Part shown: one piece after another, positions 12,765 to 22,726 of the stretch | Layout of the letters: each line of letters begins with the position of its first letter | How positions within the stretch are numbered: the stretch's first letter is position 1 | Source: Octopus sinensis | Taxonomy: Eukaryota | Assembly (NCBI RefSeq): GCF_006345805.1 | Contig: NC_043012.1 | Location: 48,732,001-48,765,000 of the forward strand | Direction of reading: 5' to 3' | Length of the DNA: 33,000 nucleotides | Notes under the pieces: generated by a model | Seen by the model: only the letters and a program-made list of their open reading frames with translations | Told to the model about the DNA's origin: nothing | Databases searched by the model: none | Made by a program: the position numbers and the translations under genes

Positions 12765-12806
12765 GGCGTGGCTGTGTGGTAAGAAGCTCGCTTTCCAGGT
12801 ACGTGA
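12765..12806 (+). mobile_element. 42-bp SINE-B head fragment identical to 10150-10191
   Basis: GGCGTGGCTGTGTGGTAAGAAGCTCGCTTTCCAGGTACGTGA occurs at both positions. Confidence 0.8.
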
Positions 12807-12975
12807 AGAAATGTCTGCGCAAGAAATGCTTTTGATAGGTTAAAAATTAATGTTTTTCTTTTTGTTTTTAGAGAAGGAAAGGCAGTATCTATGATCTTTT
12901 GTCGTTCTCCAAGACAAGTGGGAAGGAAGAGAGATAGTTATCCTCGTGTCAGAGGCAAAGCTCAAATGATTGCGA

Positions 12976-13340
12976 GGCGTAGGCATGGCGCTGTGGTAAG
13001 GCTTATGTGGTTGCTTCCCAACCACATGGTTCCGGGTTCAGTCCCACTCCTTGCCACCTTGGGTGTCTTCTATTATAGCCGTGGGCTGACCTAAGCCTTA
13101 TAAGTGGATTTGGTAGACAGAAACTGAATGAAGCCCGTCGTATGTATATGTCTGTGCATGTGTGTGTGTGTGTGTGTGTATGTCCCCCAGGGTTTGACAA
13201 CCGTTGTTGGTGTGTTTACACCCCCGTAACTTAGCCGTAGAACAAGTACCCGGCTTTAAAAAAATAAGTACTGGGGTAGAATTCATTCAATTGAAAATGT
13301 TTCCAGTTCTCAGCATGGCCGCGCTCTAATGACTGATTCT
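12976..13340 (+). mobile_element. Diverged SINE-B
   Basis: Head GGTTCCGGGTTCAGTCCC, internal (TG)n, diverged tail ending CAGCATGGCCGCGCTCTAATGACTGA. Confidence 0.75.
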
Positions 13341-13449
13341 AAACTGAAGGTGTAAACATGTAGTCGGCATACGTACTTGAGAAGACTTCACAGGATTTTT
13401 ATACGAAATGGAGATGATGACATTTATTATTAACACTCTTCGTATTACA

Positions 13450-13610
13450 AGGTAGTTAGTAGAATCGCTGGAGGCATCGAACGAAAAGGTTTTCAGCATT
13501 TTGTTTCGGTCTTTTAAGCTCTGAGCTCGAATACTTCTGTGGTGACTTTATAATTTAGCCTCTAAGTGTCGATAAGTATCAATCAGGCACCGGTTTCATG
13601 TAACTGTGTT
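13450..13610 (+). mobile_element. Highly degenerate SINE-A copy (duplicated at ~14301-14462)
   Basis: AAGGTAGTTAGTAGAATCG ... CTGAGCTCGAATAC ... GTGTCGATAAGTATC resembles the SINE-A head and core. Confidence 0.4.
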
Positions 13611-13816
13611 CACGGTCGTCCCAAATGTGTGGGTTTCTACCTTCACCAGACAAAAATCATCATAAAGTTTTTAAAATATTAGAATTCTTTATAATCTAAT
13701 TGTTGTTGAACCTTATGATCTTATTGTCAATGGACCCAAATTTATAGTATTTCTAACACGAATATTGCAGTAGCTGGCTTATCGAAGTGTATATACATTA
13801 AGTACAAAACATTGAC

Positions 13817-13986
13817 GGCTACCTGTGTGGTAAGTAGCTTGTTTACCAGTTACATGGTTCCGGGTTCAGTCCCACTGCGTGGCACCTAGGGCAACTGTCT
13901 TCTACTTTAGCCTCGGGCCGACCAAAGCCTTGTGAGTGGATTTGGTAGACGGAAACTGAAAGAAGCCCGTCGTATATATGTATATG

Positions 13987-14022
<36 letters not shown>

Positions 14023-14191
14023 GTGTGTGTATGTCCCCCAGGGTTTGACAACCGTTGTTGGTGTGTTTACACCCCCGTAACTTAGCCGTAGAACAAGTAC
14101 CCGGCTTTAAAAAAATAAGTACTGGGGTAGAATTCATTCAATTGAAAATGTTTCCAGTTCTCAGCATGGCCGCGCTCTAATGACTGATTCT
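13817..14191 (+). mobile_element. Chimeric SINE-B (head of the downstream copy joined to the tail of the upstream copy)
   Basis: Head near-identical to 14669-14820; tail identical to 13181-13340. Confidence 0.8.
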
Positions 14192-14668
14192 AAACTGAAG
14201 GTGTAAACATGTAGTCGGCATACGTACTTGAGAAGACTTCACAGGATTTTTATACGAAATGGAGATGATGACATTTATTATTAACACTCTTCGTATTACA
14301 AGGTAGTTAGTAGAATCGCTGGAGGCATCGAACGAAAAGGGTTTTCAGCATTTTGTTTCGGTCTTTTAAGCTCTGAGCTCGAATACTTCTGTGGTGACTT
14401 TATAATTTAGCCTCTAAGTGTCGATAAGTATCAATCAGGCACCGGGTTTCATGTAACTGTGTTCACGGTCGTCCCAAATGTGTGGGTTTCTACCTTCACC
14501 AGACAAAAATCATCATAAAGTTTTTAAAATATTAGAATTCTTTATAATCTAATTGTTGTTGAACCTTATGATCTTATTGTCAATGGACCCAAATTTATAG
14601 TATTTCTAACACGAATATTGCAGTAGCTGGCTTTCGAAGTGTATATACATTAAGTACAAAACATTGAC

Positions 14669-14838
14669 GGCTACCTGTGTGGTAAGTAGCTTGTTTACCA
14701 GTTACATGGTTCCGGGTTCAGTCCCACTGCGTGGGCACTAGGGCAACTGTCTTCTACTTTAGCCTCGGGCCGACCAAAGCCTTGTGAGTGGATTTGGTAG
14801 ACGGAAACTGAAAGAAGCCCTTCGTATATATGTATATG

Positions 14839-14895
<57 letters not shown>

Positions 14896-15095
14896 CTGTT
14901 TGTCCTCCCAACATCGCTTGACAACCGATGCTGGTGTGTTTAGGTCCCCGTAACTTAGCGGTTCGGCAAAAGAGACCGATAGAATAAGTACTAGGCTTAC
15001 AAAGAATAACTCATGGGGGTCGATTTGCTCGACTAAAGGCGGTGCTCCAGCATGGCCGCAGTCAAATGACTGAAACAATTAAAAGAGTAAAAGAG
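14669..15095 (+). mobile_element. SINE-B, near-consensus
   Basis: Complete head, (TA)n(TG)n core and tail ending GTCAAATGACTGAAACAATTAAAAGAGTAAAAGAG. Confidence 0.9.
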
Positions 15096-15380
15096 GGAGA
15101 GAGTAAATGAGTGTACTGGATTTTTATTCATCTTGGCAGCTATTCAGAAGACCAGTGAATGTTTTTTATACGAGGCGACGAAGTCTCATCGGTCACATGA
15201 ATGTTTGCGTGTACGCCCTATTGGAAAGGCCCAAAACGGGCCGAAATGCAGGTGGCGTCTTCGCTCGCTGCTGCCGAGACGTACTTTTGTCTCCCTCTGA
15301 AATTTTTGTATTTTTGACATAGCACGTTCATTAAAGATGCTGTCCAGGGCTAATATTGCAGTAACTAGCCTACTGGCAGC

Positions 15381-15383
<3 letters not shown>

Positions 15384-15432
<49 letters not shown>

Positions 15433-15445
15433 GGGATATATGAGA

Positions 15446-15476
<31 letters not shown>

Positions 15477-15685
15477 TGAGATGGGAAGAATTGTTATCAA
15501 TCCAGACAAGTGGAAGAATAGAAGACATGAAGTTTAAAATGCACATTTTATTATATGTGCGTATGTGTGTGTATACACACACACACACACACACATACAT
15601 GCATACAAACACACACACAGAGGCACAGACGCAGACACACACATCTATACACACTCACACACATACACACACACACACACACACA

Positions 15686-15720
<35 letters not shown>

Positions 15721-15729
15721 CACACACAC

Positions 15730-15769
<40 letters not shown>

Positions 15770-15860
15770 CATACAGATATCGAGATAGTGAGAGAGAGAG
15801 AAAGAGAGAGAGAAGGGGAGTGCTACAGAGAGGGAGAGCGGGAAGGAGGAGGATGAGGAG
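15384..15860. repeat. Compound (TA)n, (GA)n and (CA)n microsatellite cluster
   Basis: Directly visible; source of several spurious ORFs. Confidence 0.9.
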
Positions 15861-16309
15861 GGAGAGTGAATCACATGTATAAATACGCTTACAATATTCA
15901 TGTATATTGTCTTTTTTGTGTGCATGTGTTTGGATGTGCTTGTATACATGGTTGGGTTTTTTCCATGTGTTTCTTCCATGTTTTTTTTTTATTTGGTTAA
16001 ACTTGTTTTTTTAAATGTTTTATATCGCTCAATGTTTTTTGTTACTTTTTTTTTATTTCTGGATTCTTTTCCTATATTTTTCTATTACAATTCATTTTTA
16101 ATATTTATAAATATCAATTTCCCTTATTATATTAAATATATTATATTTCTAAATTTTAATTCATTTATATCAAATTGTACATATTATAATTATAGTTCAC
16201 TCCCAACTCACATTTATTCGACGAGGAATATTGATCAAAGAGCATTTCAAGCGTGGCTATCCATTCTGTCTTCCCCATTTTCCGTAACTTGGTGGGTGTC
16301 GGATAGGGG

Positions 16310-16370
16310 AGATTTTGCTGTCATTTCCAGCAGGTTTAACGACCACGTAGAGGCTTCCTCGTTGTTTTTG
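16310..16370 (-). mobile_element. Unclassified dispersed repeat fragment; inverted copy at ~19595-19665
   Basis: Reverse complement GAGGAAGCCTCTACGTGGTCGTTAAACCTGCTGGAAATGACAGCAAAATCTCC versus GAGCGAGCCTTTACGTGGTCGCTCGACCTGTTAGAAATTGTAGTAAAATCTCC at ~19600. Confidence 0.55.
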
Positions 16371-16513
16371 ATTTTATTGATGTAGCTGTTGTTTGACTTT
16401 AACTCAGTTCTGATCCAACAGAACTTTGGCGAAATGTATTCCAGCCGTGACCATCCCGTCTATATTCCTATCTGTATAGATCCCTATACATATGGAACCC
16501 TATATATATGGAA

Positions 16514-16650
16514 CTACCGAGGTTGATTTTGCCTTTTATCATTTCAGGGTAAATAAAACAAGTAGCGGTCAAGAATAAGGGTCGATATAATTGACTTATC
16601 TCCATCCTCAAAACTGCTGGCCTTGTGCCAAAATTAGGAAGAAGTATTAA
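16514..16650 (+). mobile_element. 5'-truncated SINE-A2
   Basis: CCGAGGTTGATTTTGCC ... GGGTCGATATAATTGACTT ... CTGCTGGCCTTGTGCCAAAATT. Confidence 0.65.
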
Positions 16651-16657
16651 AAAGTAA

Positions 16658-16819
16658 CATCATCATCATTATCATCATCATCATCATATCATCATCATCA
16701 TCATCACCATCATCGTCGTCATTCATCATCATCATCATCATCATCGTCATCATCATCATTGTCATCATCATCATCATCGTCGTCGTCGTCGTCGTCATCA
16801 TCATCATCATCATCATCAT
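16658..16819. repeat. (ATC)n/(GTC)n trinucleotide microsatellite
   Basis: Directly visible. Confidence 0.95.
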
Positions 16820-16822
16820 AAA

Positions 16823-17030
16823 TCGGTATGCACGCCGGACAAAATGCTTGGTGACAGTTCGTCCGCCTTTGCATTCTGAGTTACAAATGCCGCCAGGGTC
16901 GACTTTGCTCTTCATCCTTCAAGGTCGATAAAATAAGTACCAGTTAAGTGCTGGGGTCAATGTAAATCAACTTCCCCATCTCCCCCCAAATTTCAGACCT
17001 TGTGCCTTTAGTAGAAAGGATTATTATTAT
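16823..17030 (+). mobile_element. SINE-A2
   Basis: GCACGCCGGACAAAATGCTT ... TTCTGAGTTACAAATGCCGCCAGGGTCGACTTTGC ... GGTCGATAAAATAAGTACCAG ... GACCTTGTGCC followed by (ATT)n. Confidence 0.75.
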
Positions 17031-17102
17031 TGTTATTGATGTTGATGTTTTTGTCATTATCAACACCACCACCACCACCACCACTACCATCATCATTATT
17101 AT

Positions 17103-17335
17103 TGGTAGGGATGCAGATGAATCGGTAGAGCGCAGAGCAAGAAGCAGAGATGTATAGGGTTACATCCCTCTACGTTCTGAGCCCCAAATTCATCGACATC
17201 GACTTAGTCTGTCGTACTTCTAGAGGCAATGAAGTAATACAGTATCGGTAACATTCTGGTGTCGATATAATCGTACTATGTTTGTCCCCGCCTCCTCCCC
17301 AATTTGCATCTTCTCTCTTTCTTAAGAATCAATGA
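17103..17335 (+). mobile_element. Highly degenerate SINE-A
   Basis: GAATCGGTAGAGCGC ... CTCTACGTTCTGAG ... ATCGACTT ... GGTGTCGATATAATCG resembles the SINE-A layout. Confidence 0.45.
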
Positions 17336-19099
17336 TAGAAACTCCATGTTGTTCCGTAGTATGGATTCTCAACGCTTGTAGTAAAAGACAGTTTTGATAT
17401 CTTCACATAAAACGACTTCTTCCACGTGCACTCCTTGGTATGGCCTTGGCTCTACCGGCAAAGAATTGCTGTTTAGCGAAGTCTGCTTAAATCGTGTGCA
17501 AAGCAACGAAGCTGTTCTTGTACACACTGATTTAATTAAAGTTTGAACATTGGTGACTTTTGCGATTATGACGAACAACTGCTGTCGCGTGTACGACAGA
17601 TCCGATCATTAGATCCAACTATCTTGAAGGTTATTCCGCTCTTTTCCTTCGGTCAGAAAGGGCAAGCAGTTTTCCCCTGTCTGTTGGTGGTTATAGCAAA
17701 ACTTTAAAAGGTCACGAACAAGATTAGCCTCATTAAATTGCAAAATAAACCTATCTGTGAAGTATAATGCTCAGAACATGGTACTAAATCGAAAGCCTTG
17801 AGTGGTTCTCGTTTTAAATCAAGATATTTAAGCACAAAGCATCAAAATTATTGTATTTATTCGTGAACAATAGCGTCATTAGATGCTAGTTTCCAATGGA
17901 TCAATTACGGACTCCTTGTATTCACGATGGTGAAAGTAACAAGGGAGTGTCTGCAAACGGCTGCAGAACTGAGACTGAAATGTCTTTGGATGGTTTTGTC
18001 GTTTCCAACACTTGCACTTAGCAGTAACATTTCTTTTAACACATCTCAACTGCATTTAAAAAGAAAATAACAGATTAAATAATATAATTCCAGATTTCTA
18101 AATGTTCAATGTTAAGTACTAACCATGTATTTGCAACCAATTTCTTTTGAAACTACGAATGTTTCCTTTTAGTATGATTTTGGTTTAAAGAGAAACGCCT
18201 TGAAGGCACATGGAACTGTGAGAGAATTTCACTAGCTAATTGGGAAGTGATGATCTAGCAGACTCCTTAAGCGTCGAATAAATTGTATATTTTATCTCTG
18301 CACTCCATTCCAAATTTATCTTAGGGATCGATAAAGAAAGCACTAGTCAAGTACTTGGAATGTTCTCTCTCTCTTCTCGCTTTCTCTTTTGAATTAACTA
18401 CGCCAAAAGCAAGAAAGGAATGTTAACATATTGCATTCCCATTTACACCTAATTCTTTTATCTTCACTTGAGGACACGCTAAAAAAAAAAAAGACAAACA
18501 AAAGAGTAGCTATTGTCCAGGGATAGCTATCGCTCACCTCTTAATATGCCGCGCTCTTCACAAGTAAAGAGTTACTTAATTAATACTACTCATCTAATTA
18601 ATGTTTTCATTCTCTCATTACAAGTGTAGTTTCAAATTTTAATGAAATACAATTGCAGAGTTATCACCCCTTTGCTTTTACCTGTCTGTGTTAAAAGATC
18701 TGCTCGAGCAAAAGTGATTCGGGACTTAACAGCAATAACAACAGTACTTAGGAAAAATATTACAATATTACAAGGGACAGAGCAGAAATCCTGTGTAACA
18801 TTCAGTTTTTCTTTTGAAAGACTATTCACTTATGCTTTTAACATAACAGAAGTGAGACGAAATGTAGGGACCCAGATTCCATGGCTTGCCTGCAAAATTT
18901 GGTTCGTGTGTAGACTTATAATTGGTTTTTATCCGAACATTGCATTAATAACTGAGATATGAACCGTAAATAGCTGGTAGGAAGACAAATAACCTATCGA
19001 TTTTCATAAAGAAAGATTGGGAAAGTGTGATGAAGTACTTAGCTTATTTGATAGTCTAAGGTATACAGTATATTTCGGGCATTGTCATCTTGATCAAGG

Positions 19100-19425
19100 A
19101 AGCACAGGAAGATTTATAGATTATCTTGGACAAAATTAACTTGCTAGGGTTAAGTGACGATGCACGCAAACTGAACGTATCTCGGACAAATTTCATCTTG
19201 CCTGGGGAAATATATGAAGATATAAACTTTATCTAGAATAATATCAGATTGCTAGGGGCGGCACACGAAGACATAGTATATCACAGATAATAGTCATCTT
19301 TCTAGGATCAAGACGTAGAGTATATGGAGGATAAAGTGAAATTGCTACAAGCAACACATGAAGACAGTTTATCTAGAAATACGTCTGCGCTCAGCCCACG
19401 AAGATTTAGTGTATTTAGAACAAAG
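19100..19425 (+). repeat. Decayed ~42-56-bp minisatellite, about 7 units
   Basis: Recurring GAAGAY...TATCT...TTGCTAGG words; TATCT-like anchors near 19122, 19178, 19230, 19279, 19321, 19370 and 19412. Confidence 0.5.
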
Positions 19426-20236
19426 CAGGTCAAAGAATTTATTACTGTTCTATATCTGAAGTCAAACACTAAGTTATTGTGTGATGAAATTTACTGAAAC
19501 ATGTTATCTTGCAGTTTTAAATGTCACAGTTTGAAGCTAATAACTAAAACATTCACGTAGCACTGACTTGTGAAATAAGAATATAACACAGTGGAGTCAG
19601 CGAGCGAGCCTTTACGTGGTCGCTCGACCTGTTAGAAATTGTAGTAAAATCTCCCTCAAATCACCCTAAAAAAAGATATAGAGATACATTGAATGACGCA
19701 CTTAGATACAAATATTATTTCTATTCATGATCGATGTCATACGACAATATCAATGCATCTAATCTAACGATTCTCAGAGGCAACCAACTTGAACAAAACG
19801 CACACATCAAGCTTTTATAATTCTTGTAAAAAAGAAAAACAAGTTACGAATAAGCCCGGAACATGCCTCAGCATTTACCTCAACAGCTGCCAAAAATTGT
19901 ATTAAATTAATATTTGCCTTCGAGCAGATGTCTTCCTTGTGTCACTGGAGGCGTAATTCCATTTATGGTTTATTAGAATTGTCGAATGGTGTCTTTGCCA
20001 TTTAGATTAGTAAATGAGTATTAGTCATGGATTTCTAATTTCCTCCTCATTGTATCAGTATTGTCATATACTAAACTAAAACCTAAAGTATTTACATGGT
20101 AGAAACAACATATTTTGGACCCTGCTAGCAACTGGACCTGTTAGAAATTGTAACTAAAGCTCATTCAGATTACATGATAGCACCTGAAATAAAAGATTTT
20201 AAATAAAGCATTTCTCTTTACTATTGATATCATTGT

Positions 20237-20544
20237 GGAGGCGCAATGGCCCAGTGATTAGAGCAGCCAACACGCGGTCGTAGAATCGATTCCCAGATCG
20301 GGCGTTGTGAGTGTTTATTGAGCGAAAACACCTAAAGCTCCACGAGGCCTCGGCAGGGTGTGGGGGGTGGTGGCAATCTCTGCTGCGCTCTTTCGCCACA
20401 ACTTTCTATCACTCTTTCTTCTGTTGGCCTGCTCGCTTAGCCAGCGGGGTGGCGTCATTTGAAGGTTAAAACAATGCGAAGCGCATTGTGACAAGCGATG
20501 TGTAGCAACATCAGATAGCATGGTCGGTGACATGATCACGTGAT
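20237..20544 (+). mobile_element. SINE-C (tRNA-derived head)
   Basis: GGAGGCGCAATGGCCCAGTGATTAG A-box region; body closely matches 27643-27950. Confidence 0.85.
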
Positions 20545-20562
20545 TAATATTATTATTTATGG

Positions 20563-20790
20563 GGAGGCGGCGAGTTGATAGAATCGTCAGTACACCGAGA
20601 AAAACGCTTAGCGGCATTTCGTTCGTCTTCACATTCTGAGTTTAAATTCCGCCGAGATCGACTTTGCCTTCCATCCTTTCGATATCGATAAATTAAGTTC
20701 CAGGTAAGCACTAGGTTCGATGTAATCGACTTACTTCCTCCCCAGAAATTGCTGGTCTTGTGCCAAACTTTGAAACCAATAATATTATTA
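20563..20790 (+). mobile_element. SINE-A2
   Basis: GGCGGCGAGTTG head, GAGTTTAAATTCC B-box-like, tail CCCCAGAAATTGCTGGTCTTGTGCCAAACTTTGAAACC. Confidence 0.8.
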
Positions 20791-21237
20791 TTCATGGTAT
20801 ACACCTTGCAGCGATATCCACGTTTCAAAACTTACAATTCCACCCCAGACGCAGCACTAAGAAAGACTCGTATATCGTATGTATGAGTAAAGAAACAAAT
20901 ATCACACTCAAGATACGAATAAATCTCGTACATGTCCGCTTACCACAGCGCATGCCAAAGATCCGATTAAATTCTTATTAGGTTTTGAGCTAATGTATTC
21001 ATTCCCTCATTGCATGCGTAATTCAAATTTTTGTTGATTAAAATTGCAGAGTTATCGCCACTTTGTTGACACCAGATTTGATTAACATTAGATTTAATTG
21101 AGGTTTCTGTTTCCGTTTCCTCACTGTGAAAGTAATTTTAATTAACTCACTAGCTTTTACTCACCGTAATACATACCTGCTTGACTATTTTTAGATATTT
21201 CTAACATGACTGCGTAGTCACAGCTGGAAGAACTTCG

Positions 21238-21643
21238 GGATCTTTTCGGTTTGAACGGCAGTTTTTAACATAATTTCTAGGTAACTAAAAAATTTTAAAC
21301 TTCGTATACTGGTAGAATGTTTTTCTCTTGGCTTTATTGAGAAAATTCTATAGTTTGTAAGATATTTGTTGTTTTTTTCTTCAATTTCTGCAATTTCAAC
21401 TAATCAATGACCTCTATTGAGGTAAAAAACATTCTGTGCCGTATGAATATGTCCCTCGTTTAAGAAACAGATTGGGTTTATTTACATTTGTGAAGAAAAA
21501 AAGATACCCTTCCCCCCACCCCTAACCCTAACCCTAACCCTAAAACAGATTGAAATACAATAGATCGATACTAGGGTCATAATTATGGGTGATAATTTCA
21601 TATGACACAGCTAGAAAAACTGCTATTCAAACCGAAAAGATCC
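21238..21643. mobile_element. 406-bp MITE, GG...CC termini, 29-bp TIRs, 8-bp TSD (Merlin-like by end structure)
   Basis: GGATCTTTTCGGTTTGAACGGCAGTTTTT (21238-21266) versus AAAAACTGCTATTCAAACCGAAAAGATCC (21615-21643): 27/29 inverted match; TSD GAACTTCG at 21230-21237 and 21644-21651. The Merlin assignment is inference. Confidence 0.85.
21520..21543 (-). repeat. Interstitial telomere-type repeat (TTAGGG)4 inside the MITE
   Basis: (CCCTAA)4 on the + strand, next to a C-run (21511-21522). Confidence 0.85.
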
Positions 21644-21786
21644 GAACTTCGGCTATATATCAGCTCAAGTGGAGGTGAGTTGGATCTAACCAAATGCTAC
21701 AAGATTATAGGGGACGAAACCGAACTCAGATTGGTATCAGACATTTTGTTGGCTTTTTTTTTTTACCCCTTTTCAAAGATATTAGT

Positions 21787-22075
21787 GACAACATCATCAT
21801 CTAGTCGAGTTTGCCTGGGCATTTTTAACCGGCGCATGCCATCCATCTCGGTCCTGTATTAATTGAGGGAGGTCTTCGGAGAGGCATCCAGTGTTCAGAC
21901 GATCTGCCCGAGCACAGTCATACTTTAACATCCATAGCAGTAGGTCACTTGCAAGCTCTTGTTTAGTTCGACAACAATGTCCTGCGATGTGCAAGCGCCT
22001 TTCCCTAATAGTTGTGGAAACAGGCAGGAGACCTACACGGAACTGTCTTTTCTTTTAATGGTATGAGTTCTCCAA
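21787..22075 (-). pseudogene. RTE-clade LINE 3' end remnant (ORF C-terminus and short GAT tail)
   Basis: Minus-strand translation LPVSTTIRERRLHIAGHCCRTKQELASDLLLW...TGCLSEDLPQLIQDRDGW...ANSTR* matches the RTE RT C-terminal pattern RERRLRFAGHCxR...DRxxW; ends in (GAT)n. Confidence 0.8.
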
Positions 22076-22121
22076 AATAATACAGTTCTATATTTAAGAG
22101 ATGAGAAATTATGTACATTAT

Positions 22122-22538
22122 CAACACGCAGGAGTGGCTGTGTGGTAAGTAGCTTGCTAACCAACCACATGGTTCCGGGTTCAGTCCCACTGCGTGGCAT
22201 CTTGGGCAAGTGTCTTCTGCTATAGCCCCGGGCCGACCAATGCCTTGTGAGTGGATTTGGTAGACGGAAACTGAAAGAAGCCTGTCGTATATATGTATAT
22301 ATATAGATATGTTTATGTGTGTTTGTGTGTGTGTGTTTGTCCCCCCAACATCGCTTGACAACTGATGCTGGTGTGTTTACGTCCCCGTCACTTAGCGGTT
22401 CGGCAAAAGAGACCGATAGAATAAGTACTGGGCTAACAAAGAATAAGTCCTGGGGTCGATTTGCTCGACTAATGGTGGTGCTCCAGCATGGCCGCAGTCA
22501 AATGACTGAAACAAGTAAAAGAGTAAAAGAGTAAAGAG
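22122..22538 (+). mobile_element. Near-consensus SINE-B nested in SINE-H
   Basis: Complete head-microsatellite-tail structure; possible short TSD ATTAT (22117-22121 and 22540-22544). Confidence 0.9.
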
Positions 22539-22584
22539 TATTATTTACATTTGATGAATATTTGTCCTCATCTTGTTTGTTGTT

Positions 22585-22630
22585 AACACAACGTTTCGGC
22601 TGATATACCCTCCAGCCCTCATCAGATGTC
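22585..22630 (-). ncRNA. Minimal type I hammerhead ribozyme motif (Penelope-like-element type)
   Basis: RNA: GACAU-CUGAUGA-G-GGCUG-GAGGGUAUAU-CAGCC-GAAA-C-GU-U-GUGUU. Core CUGAUGA and GAAA intact; 5-bp stem II; stem I GACAU/GUGUU; loopless palindromic stem III (ACGU) typical of dimer-cleaving forms; triplet GUU; one extra purine after A9. Activity untested. Confidence 0.65.
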
Positions 22631-22678
22631 TTGGGGGAAATTTCGAACCTGGGTTCTCATTCCTAAGGTATTTTTCGA

Positions 22679-22726
<48 letters not shown>

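Larger units (their letters stand above)
13181..14883 (+). repeat. Tandem duplication of an ~851-bp unit (13181-14031 and 14032-~14883)
   Basis: By-eye alignment outside the TG tracts shows five single-base indels and one substitution; junctions lie in (TG)n tracts inside SINE-B copies. Confidence 0.9.

Noticed and set aside
17369-18962. Non-repeat ORFs 17369-17578 (-), ~17385-17545 (+) and 18642-18962 (+)
   Set aside because: Short, no recognisable motifs and no convincing splice-site pairs.
21520-21543. (CCCTAA)4 as a sign of a chromosome end or fusion site
   Set aside because: Only four units, lying inside a TIR- and TSD-bounded transposon.
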